From positions 87,916,001 to 87,980,000 of the forward strand of contig OX597816.1 of the NCBI GenBank assembly GCA_951406725.2: a stretch of DNA of 64,000 nucleotides, read 5' to 3'. Positions 52,610-64,000 of the stretch are shown one piece after another. Source of the DNA: Octopus vulgaris (lineage: Eukaryota). A program made the translations under genes and the position numbers. Numbering within the stretch: the first letter of the stretch is position 1; every line of letters starts with the position of its first letter. Below the pieces are notes generated by a model. The model had not been told where the DNA came from and did no database searches. It saw nothing but the letters and a program-made list of their open reading frames with translations.

Positions 52610-54180
52610 AGCTACTGTCATCACAACTACAGCCAAATACATATAATTCCACCACCTCCAACGACTGCCGACACAACCACCACTATCGCCACCACCACCG
52701 CCGCCACCGCCGCCGCCAACCACACTGCCACCAGCAACCACCACAACAACTTTTTCAGCCACTCGACTACAGACTTTGTCCATCATACCAGCAGTAGCAT
52801 TACCACCACCACCAACAACCACCACCACCACCACTACCACCACCAGCACCAGCACCACTACCACCACCACCGCTATCATCATCACCACCAACACTATCAT
52901 CACCGATGAAGGCAACAGCCCCATCACAGTCATCCATCCTACCTTTCTCCTATGCCACCATTATCATCCACACCATCTCCAGTAACCACACCATCAGCAC
53001 CAAGCACATCCTCATCACCATTCGCAACACCACCAACACCTCCACCACTAATTATGTCATCACCACTACCAACGACACCACCATCACCACCAACTCCACT
53101 ACCTCACTACCACCACCACTACCTCACTACCACCACTAATCACACCACAACCTCTAACTACACCACCAGCCTGATTACCATCCACACCGCTATCACCACC
53201 CCACCCCCACCGCTACAAAGTATACTATCACCACCACAAACTGCACCACCGCTGCTGCCACCGCCGCCACCACCACTACTACTATCACCGGTGCCACCAC
53301 TGCTAAGCATACTATCACAACCACACCAGTACCACCACCCCCACCCCACCCCACCACCACCACCACCGCTACCACCACCACCACTACCACCACCACCACC
53401 GCCTCCACCACCAGTGCGAACACTACGCCGCTACCATTGCAACTGATATAGCAGCACCATTACCACCGGTGCTATAATCACGTCTCCACCAAAACTGGCA
53501 TCACCAATAGTATGCTTAGTTGCTATAACAACCATTATCATCATCATCATAATCACAATTCATATTACGAAGTGTTTCCATGACCATCATTACCATCACG
53601 ACCAACTATAATACCAGCAGCCCCAGCAACGACACCATCATCTGTACCAGCAGCAGCAGCAACACCACCATCACCATCACTATCATTCCCCACCCCCAAC
53701 ATCACTATTACTCCCTACTACCACCTCCACCACAACCAGTACTCTTCCCCCCACCCCCACTGCTACCACTTCTAAATAATCTTATGCCAGTTGTATCAGA
53801 GCTGATAACAACACCGAAACATCACTACCACTAACGCCACCATAGTTTTTATATCTCTCACCACCACCACCACCACCATCACTACCACCATCCCCACCAC
53901 GAGTAGCAGCAACAGCATCTCTACTCCCCCCATTACCACCAACCATCTGCAATAACCTCTCCATGAATAACACCGCCACAAACGCCACCACCATTTTCAC
54001 CCTCTTCTAACGAATACTTCAACCACAACATTCAATATCACCACTGCTACCAGCACCACCGTCACTACCACTAGCACCACAAGCATCACCATCACCATCG
54101 CCACGACGACGACGACGACGACCACCACCACCACCACCATCGCTACTACCACCGCCACCAGCGCCAAGTCACCAATATTT
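52610..54180. repeat. 1.5-kb degenerate (ACC/ACT/ATC)n low-complexity block
   Basis: Strongly C/A-biased + strand; poly-P/T/H pseudo-ORFs. Confidence 0.88.
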
Positions 54181-54409
54181 AGCAATGCAATAATAAAAAA
54201 TTAACCATATTCGAAGAAGTCCAACACAAACGCAAACGTTGTGTGTTTAATCAAAAAATATCGCAATTCATTAAAAAAAAAATGATGGAAATTATTTAAT
54301 GGAAAAAAAACTGGCAATGATTGAACTATTTAAAGGTTCCAGTAATCACATATCAAACTTCATTTCTTGTTCATTATTGATTTCTGTTAACTAGTCATAG
54401 GGGCTAATA

Positions 54410-54770
54410 TTGACACAGATTGAATATACTTGCCAACATACTCCAACCTCTGGTCTACAGACGTGCTGTCTCTTTACTCAACGTTTTTTTCTACCGCTAC
54501 TGCAGTGGTTTCTGTGCCTCGAAGCTGGTTCATATCGCCTTTTCTCCAATCAGGCATTCGCTATTCACTCTGTTCCTTTTGTCAGCCATATTGTATCAAC
54601 CTCTCTCAGACTTCTCACTAACCACAAAACCCAGTATGTTTAGCTCAAGAACGCTACTTCTCTGGAAATCTCTCCCTGCCCATGTTGTCCTTGTAGTCGC
54701 CAGTTTACAGCTGCCGAAAAGGAACATAGACCCCACATCAGTCAAATGTGTTGATCTCACCAATATGTGA
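54410..54770 (+). pseudogene. CR1/L2-like LINE 3'-terminal coding relic
   Basis: LQPLVYRRAVS..FYRYCSGFCASKL..RTLLLWKSLPAHV (L..RR and W..LP C-terminal motifs). Confidence 0.75.
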
Positions 54771-55240
54771 AAACCCACGAATGTGTAAGATGCTTTCCTC
54801 TCTTTTCAACAAGTGATTCTCAATCCGGGTAATCGCGTCTCCTTTTAAGCGTTGTGACTTCACAAGGGTGTTTTAAACAGGAAATAAGCTCTACAGGAAG
54901 GAAGTAACGATTCTTCCTTAGAAATAAAATATTCAAACCGGCAATAACGCATATTTTATAAACGATTCCCCCCAAAAAAAAAAAAAAAAAAAGGTAAAGC
55001 CTCTTCGAATATGAGTAGGATATTGTGTTATAGTGAGCAGAAACATGACAATAGACGCAACAAGGTCCAACATGACTTTACTATGTAAGGACTTGCATTC
55101 TTTAGTAATTTCCATTAAAGAATTAACACAGGAGGTACCAGTCAGCGCATATTTGAAACAGATACATGGGAGATGAATTAGTTTAAGAACATATGGAATA
55201 ATTTGCTACTGCGCAAAATTAATTTCTGCTTGAGTAAAAG

Positions 55241-55340
55241 TCTTCTTCTTCTTCTTCTTCTTCTTCTTCTTCTTCTTCTTCTTCTTCTTCTTCTTCTTCT
55301 TCTTCTTCTTCTTCTTCTTCTTCTTCTTCTTCTTCTTCTC
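55241..55340. repeat. (TTC)n microsatellite
   Basis: Direct reading. Confidence 0.98.
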
Positions 55341-55374
55341 TGCTCCTCCTCCTCTTCCTCCCCATCATCATCGT

Positions 55375-55585
55375 TATGATGGGAGAATCGTTAGCACACC
55401 GGGCGAAATGCTTAACAGTATTTCACTCGCCGCTATACGTTCTGAGTTCAAATTCCGCTGAGATCGACTTTGCATTTCACCATTTCGGGGTCGATAAATT
55501 ATGTACTAGATGAGTACTGGGATCGATGTAATCGATTATCCCCCTCCCCCAAATTTCAGGCCTTATGCCCATAATAGAAAGGATT
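55375..55585 (+). mobile_element. SINE family A (tail 2) followed by (TTA/TCA)n
   Basis: GAATCGTTAGCACACCGGGCGAAATGC...ATAATAGAAAGGATTATTAT. Confidence 0.87.
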
Positions 55586-55603
55586 ATTATTATTATTATT
55601 ATT

Positions 55604-55650
<47 letters not shown>

Positions 55651-55685
55651 TCATCATCATTATCATAATTATTATTATTATTATT

Positions 55686-57045
55686 GCCTTTGCACAGCTT
55701 CTAACGCTGGAGATGTACTACGGTGTCAGCTGTTCACAACCAATGAACTAAGGTAACACCTCTTATTTTTCGAGCACCTTCCGGAGTATTCGAGCGGTTC
55801 CAAGCAGTGCTGTTTTCTGCAAGTGCTCCACCCTTGTTGCAGCCCCTGTTTGTTCCATGTACTTCTCGAGATTTTTGCTCACTGTTCCCAGGGTTCCGAC
55901 AATTATTGGCACTACTGCTACCTTTTTCATCGACAACGAAAGCTCAATTTCCCAAGCTAACCTGTCATGTCTATCGACTTTTCTTTCTTCCTTATCGCAT
56001 ATCTTGTTGTCAGCTGGGCATGCTATATCTATGATCAAGTTAGTTTGTTTTCTTTCCCAATTAAGACTATGTCTGGCTTCCTATTCTCTATCTCATGGTC
56101 GCACTGAATCATAAAATCCCACAGCATCTCTGCTTTTTTTTAATTTTCGACGATGCATTCGGGTTTGTGATCGCACCAATTTTTTGCTGTGTCCAGTCCA
56201 TATTTGTTGCAAAGTGTCCATGGGAAAGCCTGGTTATATTGTCGTGGCATCTCTTACATTCCTTCTGGGATAGTGGCGTACATTGGCTGGTAATATGCCA
56301 TACGGTTTCACCATTTTGTCCACAGATTCTGCACTTATAACTTTCTGATGTGTTGTCTATTCTGTATTTTATGTAGTTTGTTCTTAGTGCTTGCTCTTGG
56401 GCAGCACAGATTAGAACCTCTGTTTCCGGTTTTAAATCACTTTAAAATTCTGTGGCATTTTTTTACATACCTTGCTATGTTGTCTTCTGCTCTAATGCTG
56501 TGTTCGCATCCAATAACTTCTCTTCCCCTCATTTTCTTGGTACATACAGTCTGTCTGTGTCACGTTTTGCGTGGAGTGTCTCATATCTAATTAGTAGCTT
56601 CCTTGTCTTTCTGCCTAAGCTGTTTAGTTCGTGTACTGCCCATGCGATTACCGCTGCTCCATGTCTAAGGAGTGAAACAGCCCAGGTGTTGATAGCTTCA
56701 ATCTTATTCCGTCCGTTTAATTTCGACTTAAGGATGAGTCTCAGTCTGCCCAAGAACTCCACCTTAAATTTTTCTGTCATTTCTTTCTCCATCAATTTAT
56801 CCATTTCCAAAATCGCCAAGTACTTATAGCCCGTCTCTTCTATCTATTTCATAACCTCCCTCGAGAGTACCGTTAGCCCGTCCATACATTAGATTTTGCC
56901 TCTCTTCAAGACTAACACACCACACTTTCTCAGTCCGAGCACCATTGTGATATCAGCACTGAAGGTATACACTGTATCAACGAGGGAACTGACTTGGGCT
57001 TCATCTTTACCATAAAGTTTGAGGTCATCCATGAATAACAAATTT
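55686..57045 (-). mobile_element. 5'-truncated, internally deleted R4/Dong-like retrotransposon
   Basis: LLFMDDLKLY (RT catalytic motif), YKYL, LNGRNKIEAINTWAV, RLYVPRK, ETEVLICAAQEQALRT, CRICG..ETVWHITSQC, RHDNI, IDIACP..PIIVGTLG; ends in (TAA)n. Confidence 0.93.
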
Positions 57046-57449
57046 TCGAATGCTCAGGGAGAGTCAAAAAGAAAAGAAAATGAGTTGTAGATAGTAAAGT
57101 TTTAAGATTTACTGAATATAGTCTTGTGTATAAATGCACAGAGAGAAATGATAGTGCTCTTAGAATAAAAAGGTGGATGATGTTTACATTTTCGAATACT
57201 CAGGGAAAAAGGAAAGGATAGGTATTCACAGTAGTTGTAGATATTAAAGTTTTTTCCAAAAAATTCCGAAAGAAGAAGAAATTCAGAAATTCAAAAATCC
57301 AACAAGATGAACATCTCTTCCTCCTACTATCCTAAAGACGGGAATATCTACAATTTCCTGTGAATATTTTAAATCTTCCTCAAATTAAAATAAGTGAGGA
57401 AACTTACATACCTACTGCTTTCGAACACACAAACGATCAGCTTTAAAAA

Positions 57450-57520
<71 letters not shown>

Positions 57521-57559
57521 CATCATCATCATCATCATCATCATTATTATCAGCATTAT

Positions 57560-58052
57560 TATTGCCTTTCTTTGGTCGGCACAGGGAGGTAATTTTCATG
57601 TCTCGTGGCTGTTGCGAAAGAGGTTGTGTGGTGGTCTAGACTGAAAGGGCTGAAGACAGGTACATTCCTCTTTGGCCTACCCATCATCAAGTTTTTCAGA
57701 TTCCATCTGAAAAGGAAAGTGAGGGTTGAGAGAGAAGTGCTGACTTCCAGCAAATTTGTTGAAAGGTGGGTGAATGTGGCAAAAATAGTCAACGGGCCTA
57801 CATTAAGCATGCGCTTTGGGGTTTCTAAGGCTGAGACAGAGAGAGAGAAAAAGATGAGGAGAGGGCTCTTGCCATAGTGGTCGGGCCGCTTGTGAATTTT
57901 TCATGGGGGCTCCAAGAGTAGCCCTGAGTTGCTTGCCTCTTTTAGACATTTTCTTTGTAATATTTTTCATTGTTATCGACTTTTTGCACAAAACTTTATG
58001 TAATCCCACTTTGTCCTTATTTTTGTTGGCCCTTGTGGCAAATAATGAAAGG
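57560..58052 (+). mobile_element. 5'-truncated Tx1/L1-like LINE 3' end (ORF2 C-terminus plus 3' UTR) between (TTA)n arrays
   Basis: VAVAKEVVWWSRLKGLKT..FFRFHLKRKVRVEREVL..RWVNVA resembles L1/Tx1 ORF2 C-termini (K..IW..R motif); T-rich 3' UTR ending GCCCTTGTGGCAAATAATGAAAG. Confidence 0.7.
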
Positions 58053-58605
<553 letters not shown>

Positions 58606-59051
58606 CCACTCTCGCCACCATCTCTACCATCACAAATTTCCTCACTACTTAAATCTCCACCAACGCTATTATCTCAACTGTCAACTTCATAACTCTCACT
58701 ACACACACACATGCATAAGCGCACATACACACACCACTATGACAACGACCGACATCAAATCACATCTCCCAAATAATCCCATTATTTGAAGTTGTTATTG
58801 TTGCTGTTTAACTTCCAGATTAACCTTGATCGACTTGATCCATGATCAAAAGCATTCTAATCGTAACCTTCTTCTTTTTTTTTTTTTTACTAGCGCCGTG
58901 AATCACTCCTGAAAATACTATGAAATGATGAACTATATTTCGTGACGTAGTGATGACGTGACTGCAGACACGCGGGTTTATCTGACGGTTGAATTAATTA
59001 ACTGAATTCTAAAAACAATGAGTGGTTATGTGTTACTAATATCAACAAAAC

Positions 59052-59222
59052 AGAGCGGTGGATTGGTAGAATCGTTAGCGTATTGAACAAATAAAAGCCG
59101 TGGAGTATTGATTCCGTTTCGCTGCATTCTGAATTCTGAATTCAAACCCCACCGAAGTCAATTATGCTTTTCGCCCTCCGGGGTCGCTAAAATGGATTAC
59201 CAATAAAGTACTGGGGGCAATA
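59052..59222 (+). mobile_element. Diverged SINE family A
   Basis: GCGGTGGATTGGTAGAATCGTTAGCG..GAATTCAAACCCCACCGAAGTC. Confidence 0.7.
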
Positions 59223-59867
59223 CTTAACTCTGGTTCTTCCAAAGTCAGTTAACCTGCTGCTATGATAAGGGCGTGACTACTTACAATACTTATATCCTAC
59301 AAGTCAACGACTTATATTCCATTACTGTGGTTACCGAGGTTATACCGAAAACCATGAAGTGCCATAGTTTGTCATGATGTGCCATAGTCTGTCAGAGCTT
59401 GGGATGTTCCCCCTGCACCATTTTTACTGTAACAGGGTAAGTGGTTCTATAAGGAATAGAGCGAAGTATTGATCCTAATACTTCGTTAGTACTTTATTCT
59501 ATCAACCCTAGGAAGAAGAAAAACCAAAGTAGACTTTGGCGAGATTTGAATTTAGAATGGGGAGAGATGAAACAAGTACCGCAATGCAAAAGAAGGAGAG
59601 GAGAATGACGATGATTATGATGCTGATGATTATGATGAAGAGTAAGAGGGGTAATAGTGATGATGATGATATCAATTGACATATCCAAATATATGCAACT
59701 CTGTTGGGAGACTATATTTCACCACACGTCTTCAGCAGGTGATGTTATTTACTAACCGAAACATTTATTTCATTCTACACGCGTTGCGAAATGAAGGACA
59801 AAATGTTACCACTCTTGTACACATACACACGTGATCGAATACATATGGAGCTGCTCCCCTTGTTACG

Positions 59868-59949
<82 letters not shown>

Positions 59950-62462
59950 GAGAGAGAGACAGACAGAGGGAGGGAGGGAGAGAGAGATATGAGTTTTGTA
60001 ACTTGGTTATAATTTAGGTGGGAAGCTAAGCTAAATATATACGGTAACGCCAATAAAGAAAAGCAAAGGGAAGATATTATATTACTTTATACATGTTCAA
60101 TAATATTTATATAAGTTTACAATATTTCGGGAAAACATCCCCTTATCTAATATAAAAACTTTCCGCATTCGTTCATTGTTGCATTCACTGTTTTTCAAGA
60201 ATATTATTTCAGCTGCAATGCATATCATCTTGTTTTTCTGCAACTCCAGAAGCAATATGTTTTGACACTGAAATTAAAATCTTTAACATTAATATCCTTC
60301 TGTCACTTGGATATGCTACAATTAACTATTAATAACAGGTAGAAGATATAATCACATTCACTGTTTTTACTCAATATAATAATTATATCAGTTATTCTAT
60401 ATTGCTTATATTCTACATGGGTGAGTTCATATCGCCTACAGAAACATCTAGGATTATATTACCTACTGGTCCTTGCTCTGAGAGACCCTTGATGGCTTGG
60501 AGCTGTTACAAATGTTATTGCCCTATCTGTCTTAACTTAAGTTGGCTCCAACTAACGAGATCTATCACTCTAATTGGTGACACACACTTTTAAGGCATAG
60601 TGTATCTAATTCTATATTATCCAATAAGAGGTAAGGGTGACAAGGGATGGGGCAAGTACCTTTGGTAGGTGTTTCTCTGCAGGACGGCTCCTCTGCTACT
60701 GGCCTGCAATTAGCACCCAAGTCTGCGAGTGGAATCACACACAATCTGTATGCAACAATATGCCATAACTTAGCAATTGGCATTGACAGGCTAATTAATC
60801 CAGATTGCGTAAAGCGGACGAATCTTAAATTCACCGCGACGTTTTTGAGGGCTCGTTAGTCTAGGTATCTGGAGACTAGATCGACAAACGACTGTGCGGC
60901 CAAAACACCAATGGTCATATTTCAACAGGTATGCATTAATATTACGCATAGATTAATGTACGGTGACGTGTAGATTGCCGTGGTTATCTTTGTTACACCT
61001 CCAGCTGTTTTCGCCAACATTGCCACAGATCCAGGAAGTTAGGTATGAGAGAAAGAGGGAGAGAGAGAGAAAGAGGAAGCGTGAGAGAGAATGAGAGAGG
61101 AAGTGGGAGGGGTTGGTCATCCTGTATCGCTGTCTCTCAATGTACTTCACTTCCAACTCAAGTAAAGACTCAACCATCTTAGAACCACTGACCTCAGGTC
61201 TTTCATTGTGTAGTTAAGGCATCACACTCGCCAGCAACAATCATACATTGCCCCTTGCATAGTTTAGGCGGGAACCGTCACGATTCTAGCATCACCAACA
61301 CGACTGTGTCTTCTGATACTTATAACTGTTGCGAAGTGCCATCGACGCTAAAAAAAAGGGGAGCCTTGCTCACCTTCGAAAGCTAGGAACTAACAAAATG
61401 TTCGATGTTGCCTTCCGTTTAAAGATCGCGGTTGTGTGTGGTTCGAGAGATATGGGTGATGTTTCTGCTACTGGTGTTATTGTTGTTGCTGATGCTGTTG
61501 TTATTCAGGTTTTTGGCTTCACTACTGTTCCCTGTTGCTTTTGCTTTTTCTGCTGCTGCTTCTGCCGCTGCTGTTGTTGTTAGCGCTTCTACATGTTTAC
61601 TAAACAATCAAACAACCTGCTATATGATTTACATAGTTTCCATTACAGTTGATAAATACAAGAATTCTGGCAACAAACTTCCTTTCCTTTCTGATGAATC
61701 ATTAATGTTTGTCAGTTGAACATAATGAAAATTATTTGTCACTTCCTCCTTTTATATCCATTCTCATTCGTTCTAATTCAATCACTACCTCCTCTCTCTC
61801 TCTCTCTCTCTGCCCCAACTCTCTCTATTCCTCTTACTCTATAACACTCACTATATTTTGTGATCTATCTATCTATCATTCTTCGGATCTAGCTATCTTT
61901 GTTTATTTTTGTAGTATTTTTCTCTTTCAATTTGCGTTTGTATTTGCCTTCCTGCTTGTCTCTCTGCTTTTCTGACATACCAACAGTAAAATCTCCTTCC
62001 TTCACCCCTACTCTCTCTCTCTCTCTCATTTTTTTTCACTCGTTTATATTTTATGATATTGTTTTTAGCCTCTAATACTCTCTCTTTCTGTCTGTATACA
62101 CACACACGCATTTATTTGGCTGTTTCATTCGATCTCTTAGCCTGTCTCTCTCTTTCTAATCCCACTGCTCGTTTACGCTATCTCTAACATAAAATGTACA
62201 AATTTTGCCTTTCTTTTCTTCCTCTTTCCCTTATTCTTACTTCAAATTAGGTTTCTCTTTTAATTTTTTCTCTTTGCCCCATCTTTTCCCTTTGTATACA
62301 CCTGTCTCACTTCCTCTCTCTCTACCCTTCATTTTATTGTCTTCTCTAACATACAGATTCTGCCTCTTTCCGCATTTCTCTCTTTCTCCCATTTCTTCTC
62401 AGAATTTGTCATTTATTTTCATCTCTCTGTCTCACACTCTTTTTCAATCCTTTCTTCCTCCT

Positions 62463-62512
<50 letters not shown>

Positions 62513-62619
62513 TATATACACATCTTTTCTTTAGAACATACTTTTTTCCACATCTCTTTCTCTTTCATGTACCATCTCCACGTTTTTCTGTATGTATATA
62601 TTTTTTTTCTACATATCCG

Positions 62620-62880
62620 TATACATACGTACATACATACATACATACATACATACATACATACATACATACATACATACATACATACATACATTACATA
62701 CATACATACATACATACATTACATACGTACATGCACACACATACATACATATATACATACATACATGCATATACACATACATACATACATACATACATAC
62801 ATACATACATACATACATACATACATGCATATATACATACATACATACATACATATATACATACATATGTATGCATATAC
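62620..62880. repeat. (TACA)n microsatellite
   Basis: Direct reading. Confidence 0.95.
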
Positions 62881-62894
62881 AACTGCTAGGATAA

Positions 62895-63110
62895 CTATGG
62901 ACAACTGCTTTTATATCCAGATTATAAATTCACATTTATACCAATAATAATTAATGCACTTGTCTTTGTGAGTAAATGCCTAAGCGACAAAGTGGACAAG
63001 CTAGGGTTTCCAGAAAAAAAAATCAGCCATCTAACTCACACATTAGAAATGCAATCTGTAAGTGGAACAGTAAAAATATGCAAGCCTTTTCTCAAGTTTA
63101 AAATGTTATA
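62895..63110 (+). pseudogene. RLE C-terminal fragment, same family as 44080-45710
   Basis: PIIINAL..VSKCLSDKVDKLGF..SVSGTVKICKPFLKF matches 45550-45705. Confidence 0.8.
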
Positions 63111-63402
63111 TTGTTTTCGTTATTTACATTCCAAACACGTGGTATGTATTTCGCTGTTTGATTACTGCTATGATCTTATCAAAAAAAAGAAAAAAAGGTT
63201 GTTTCTTTGCATTTACTTGACGATGGTCATGTCTTTTACCAGGCTTGCATTAATGGCAAACGTTATAGGGAGCAATATTCATTATCTAAGAGAATAAATA
63301 TGTCAACATGTTTGTATTCGACGCCATGTATGTATGTATGTATGTATGTATGTATGTATGTATGTATGTATGTATGTACACACACACACACACGTATATA
63401 TA

Positions 63403-63445
<43 letters not shown>

Positions 63446-63447
<2 letters not shown>

Positions 63448-63983
63448 CCAAAACACTAAAGTTATATATAAGATGTTACTATCGTTAATATCATATGTGG
63501 ATAAAATTTAAAGTTGATGGTATCATCAGTAGTAACATAGGTGGTTCGCAGGCAAATTGCATTATTAAGCTATAATATACAAATTAGAACGAGGGGTAGG
63601 AATGCAGAAAAGCATCAACCAACTAGAAATAAGAGCTAAAGTCTTAAAGCACCAAGTTAACGGAGAAATAACAGTAGGGGAGGAAACAGAGAGAATTAAT
63701 ATATTCAAAGGCACACATATGAAAGACTATGCTATTTAGGATATCTATATAGCCTAGTTTCGGCTTTTGGAAATTTAGTCCTTCAGATTCTACAGTGTAA
63801 ACTACTTGGTAAAAATTCAACCCTGTCACGTTATGTATCCGTTAACATACTGGTCTTGTTTTGCGCCAAAAACACAGTATATGGTGCAAAAATATTTATG
63901 AACAAAACATTCAAACACTAAAGTTTGAAATAAGATGTTACTACTATTAATATTATCTGTGGATAAAATTTAAAATTGATGCT
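63446..63983 (-). mobile_element. Penelope/retrozyme-like unit with 69-bp terminal direct repeats and a degenerate hammerhead
   Basis: Repeats at 63451-63519 and 63913-63981 (9 mismatches); hammerhead-like fold at 63718-63795; (TA)n on both sides. Confidence 0.55.
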
Positions 63984-64000
63984 ATATATATATATATGCA

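Noticed and set aside
52952-53446. Proline-rich ORF resembling formin or extensin, likewise 26928-27581 (mucin-like)
   Set aside because: Degenerate (ACC)n expansions with frame-inconsistent composition and no splice structure

Overview
AT-rich eukaryotic DNA saturated with microsatellites and repeats. The repeat families (tRNA-derived SINEs, R4/Dong-like and Tx1/L1-like LINEs) match what I recall of Octopus-type cephalopod genomes; this is recognition, not a search result. No intact host gene, RNA gene or CRISPR array is visible, so the window reads as a giant intron or intergenic region. It holds many 5'-truncated or decayed RT/restriction-like-endonuclease (R4/Dong-like) retrotransposons, often embedded in (TAA)n. 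It also holds Tx1/L1-like, RTE and CR1/L2-like relics, several gag-like ORF1 relics, a decayed Tc1, an internally deleted mariner, a TTAA-flanked MITE and dozens of SINEs from three groups (labelled A, B and C here). Most notable observations: SINE A multimers join at the same internal position six times and carry a tail resembling a Tx1-like LINE 3' end; C-group SINEs show all four combinations of two heads and two tails; two Penelope/retrozyme-type hammerhead relics are present; Dong-like elements stack tail-to-tail on SINE-derived (TTA)n; and there are two isolated splice-signal candidates (a 3-nt microexon or recursive site on +, a 49-nt exon on -). Most ORFs in the supplied track are microsatellite artefacts. 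Boundaries of decayed elements are approximate.
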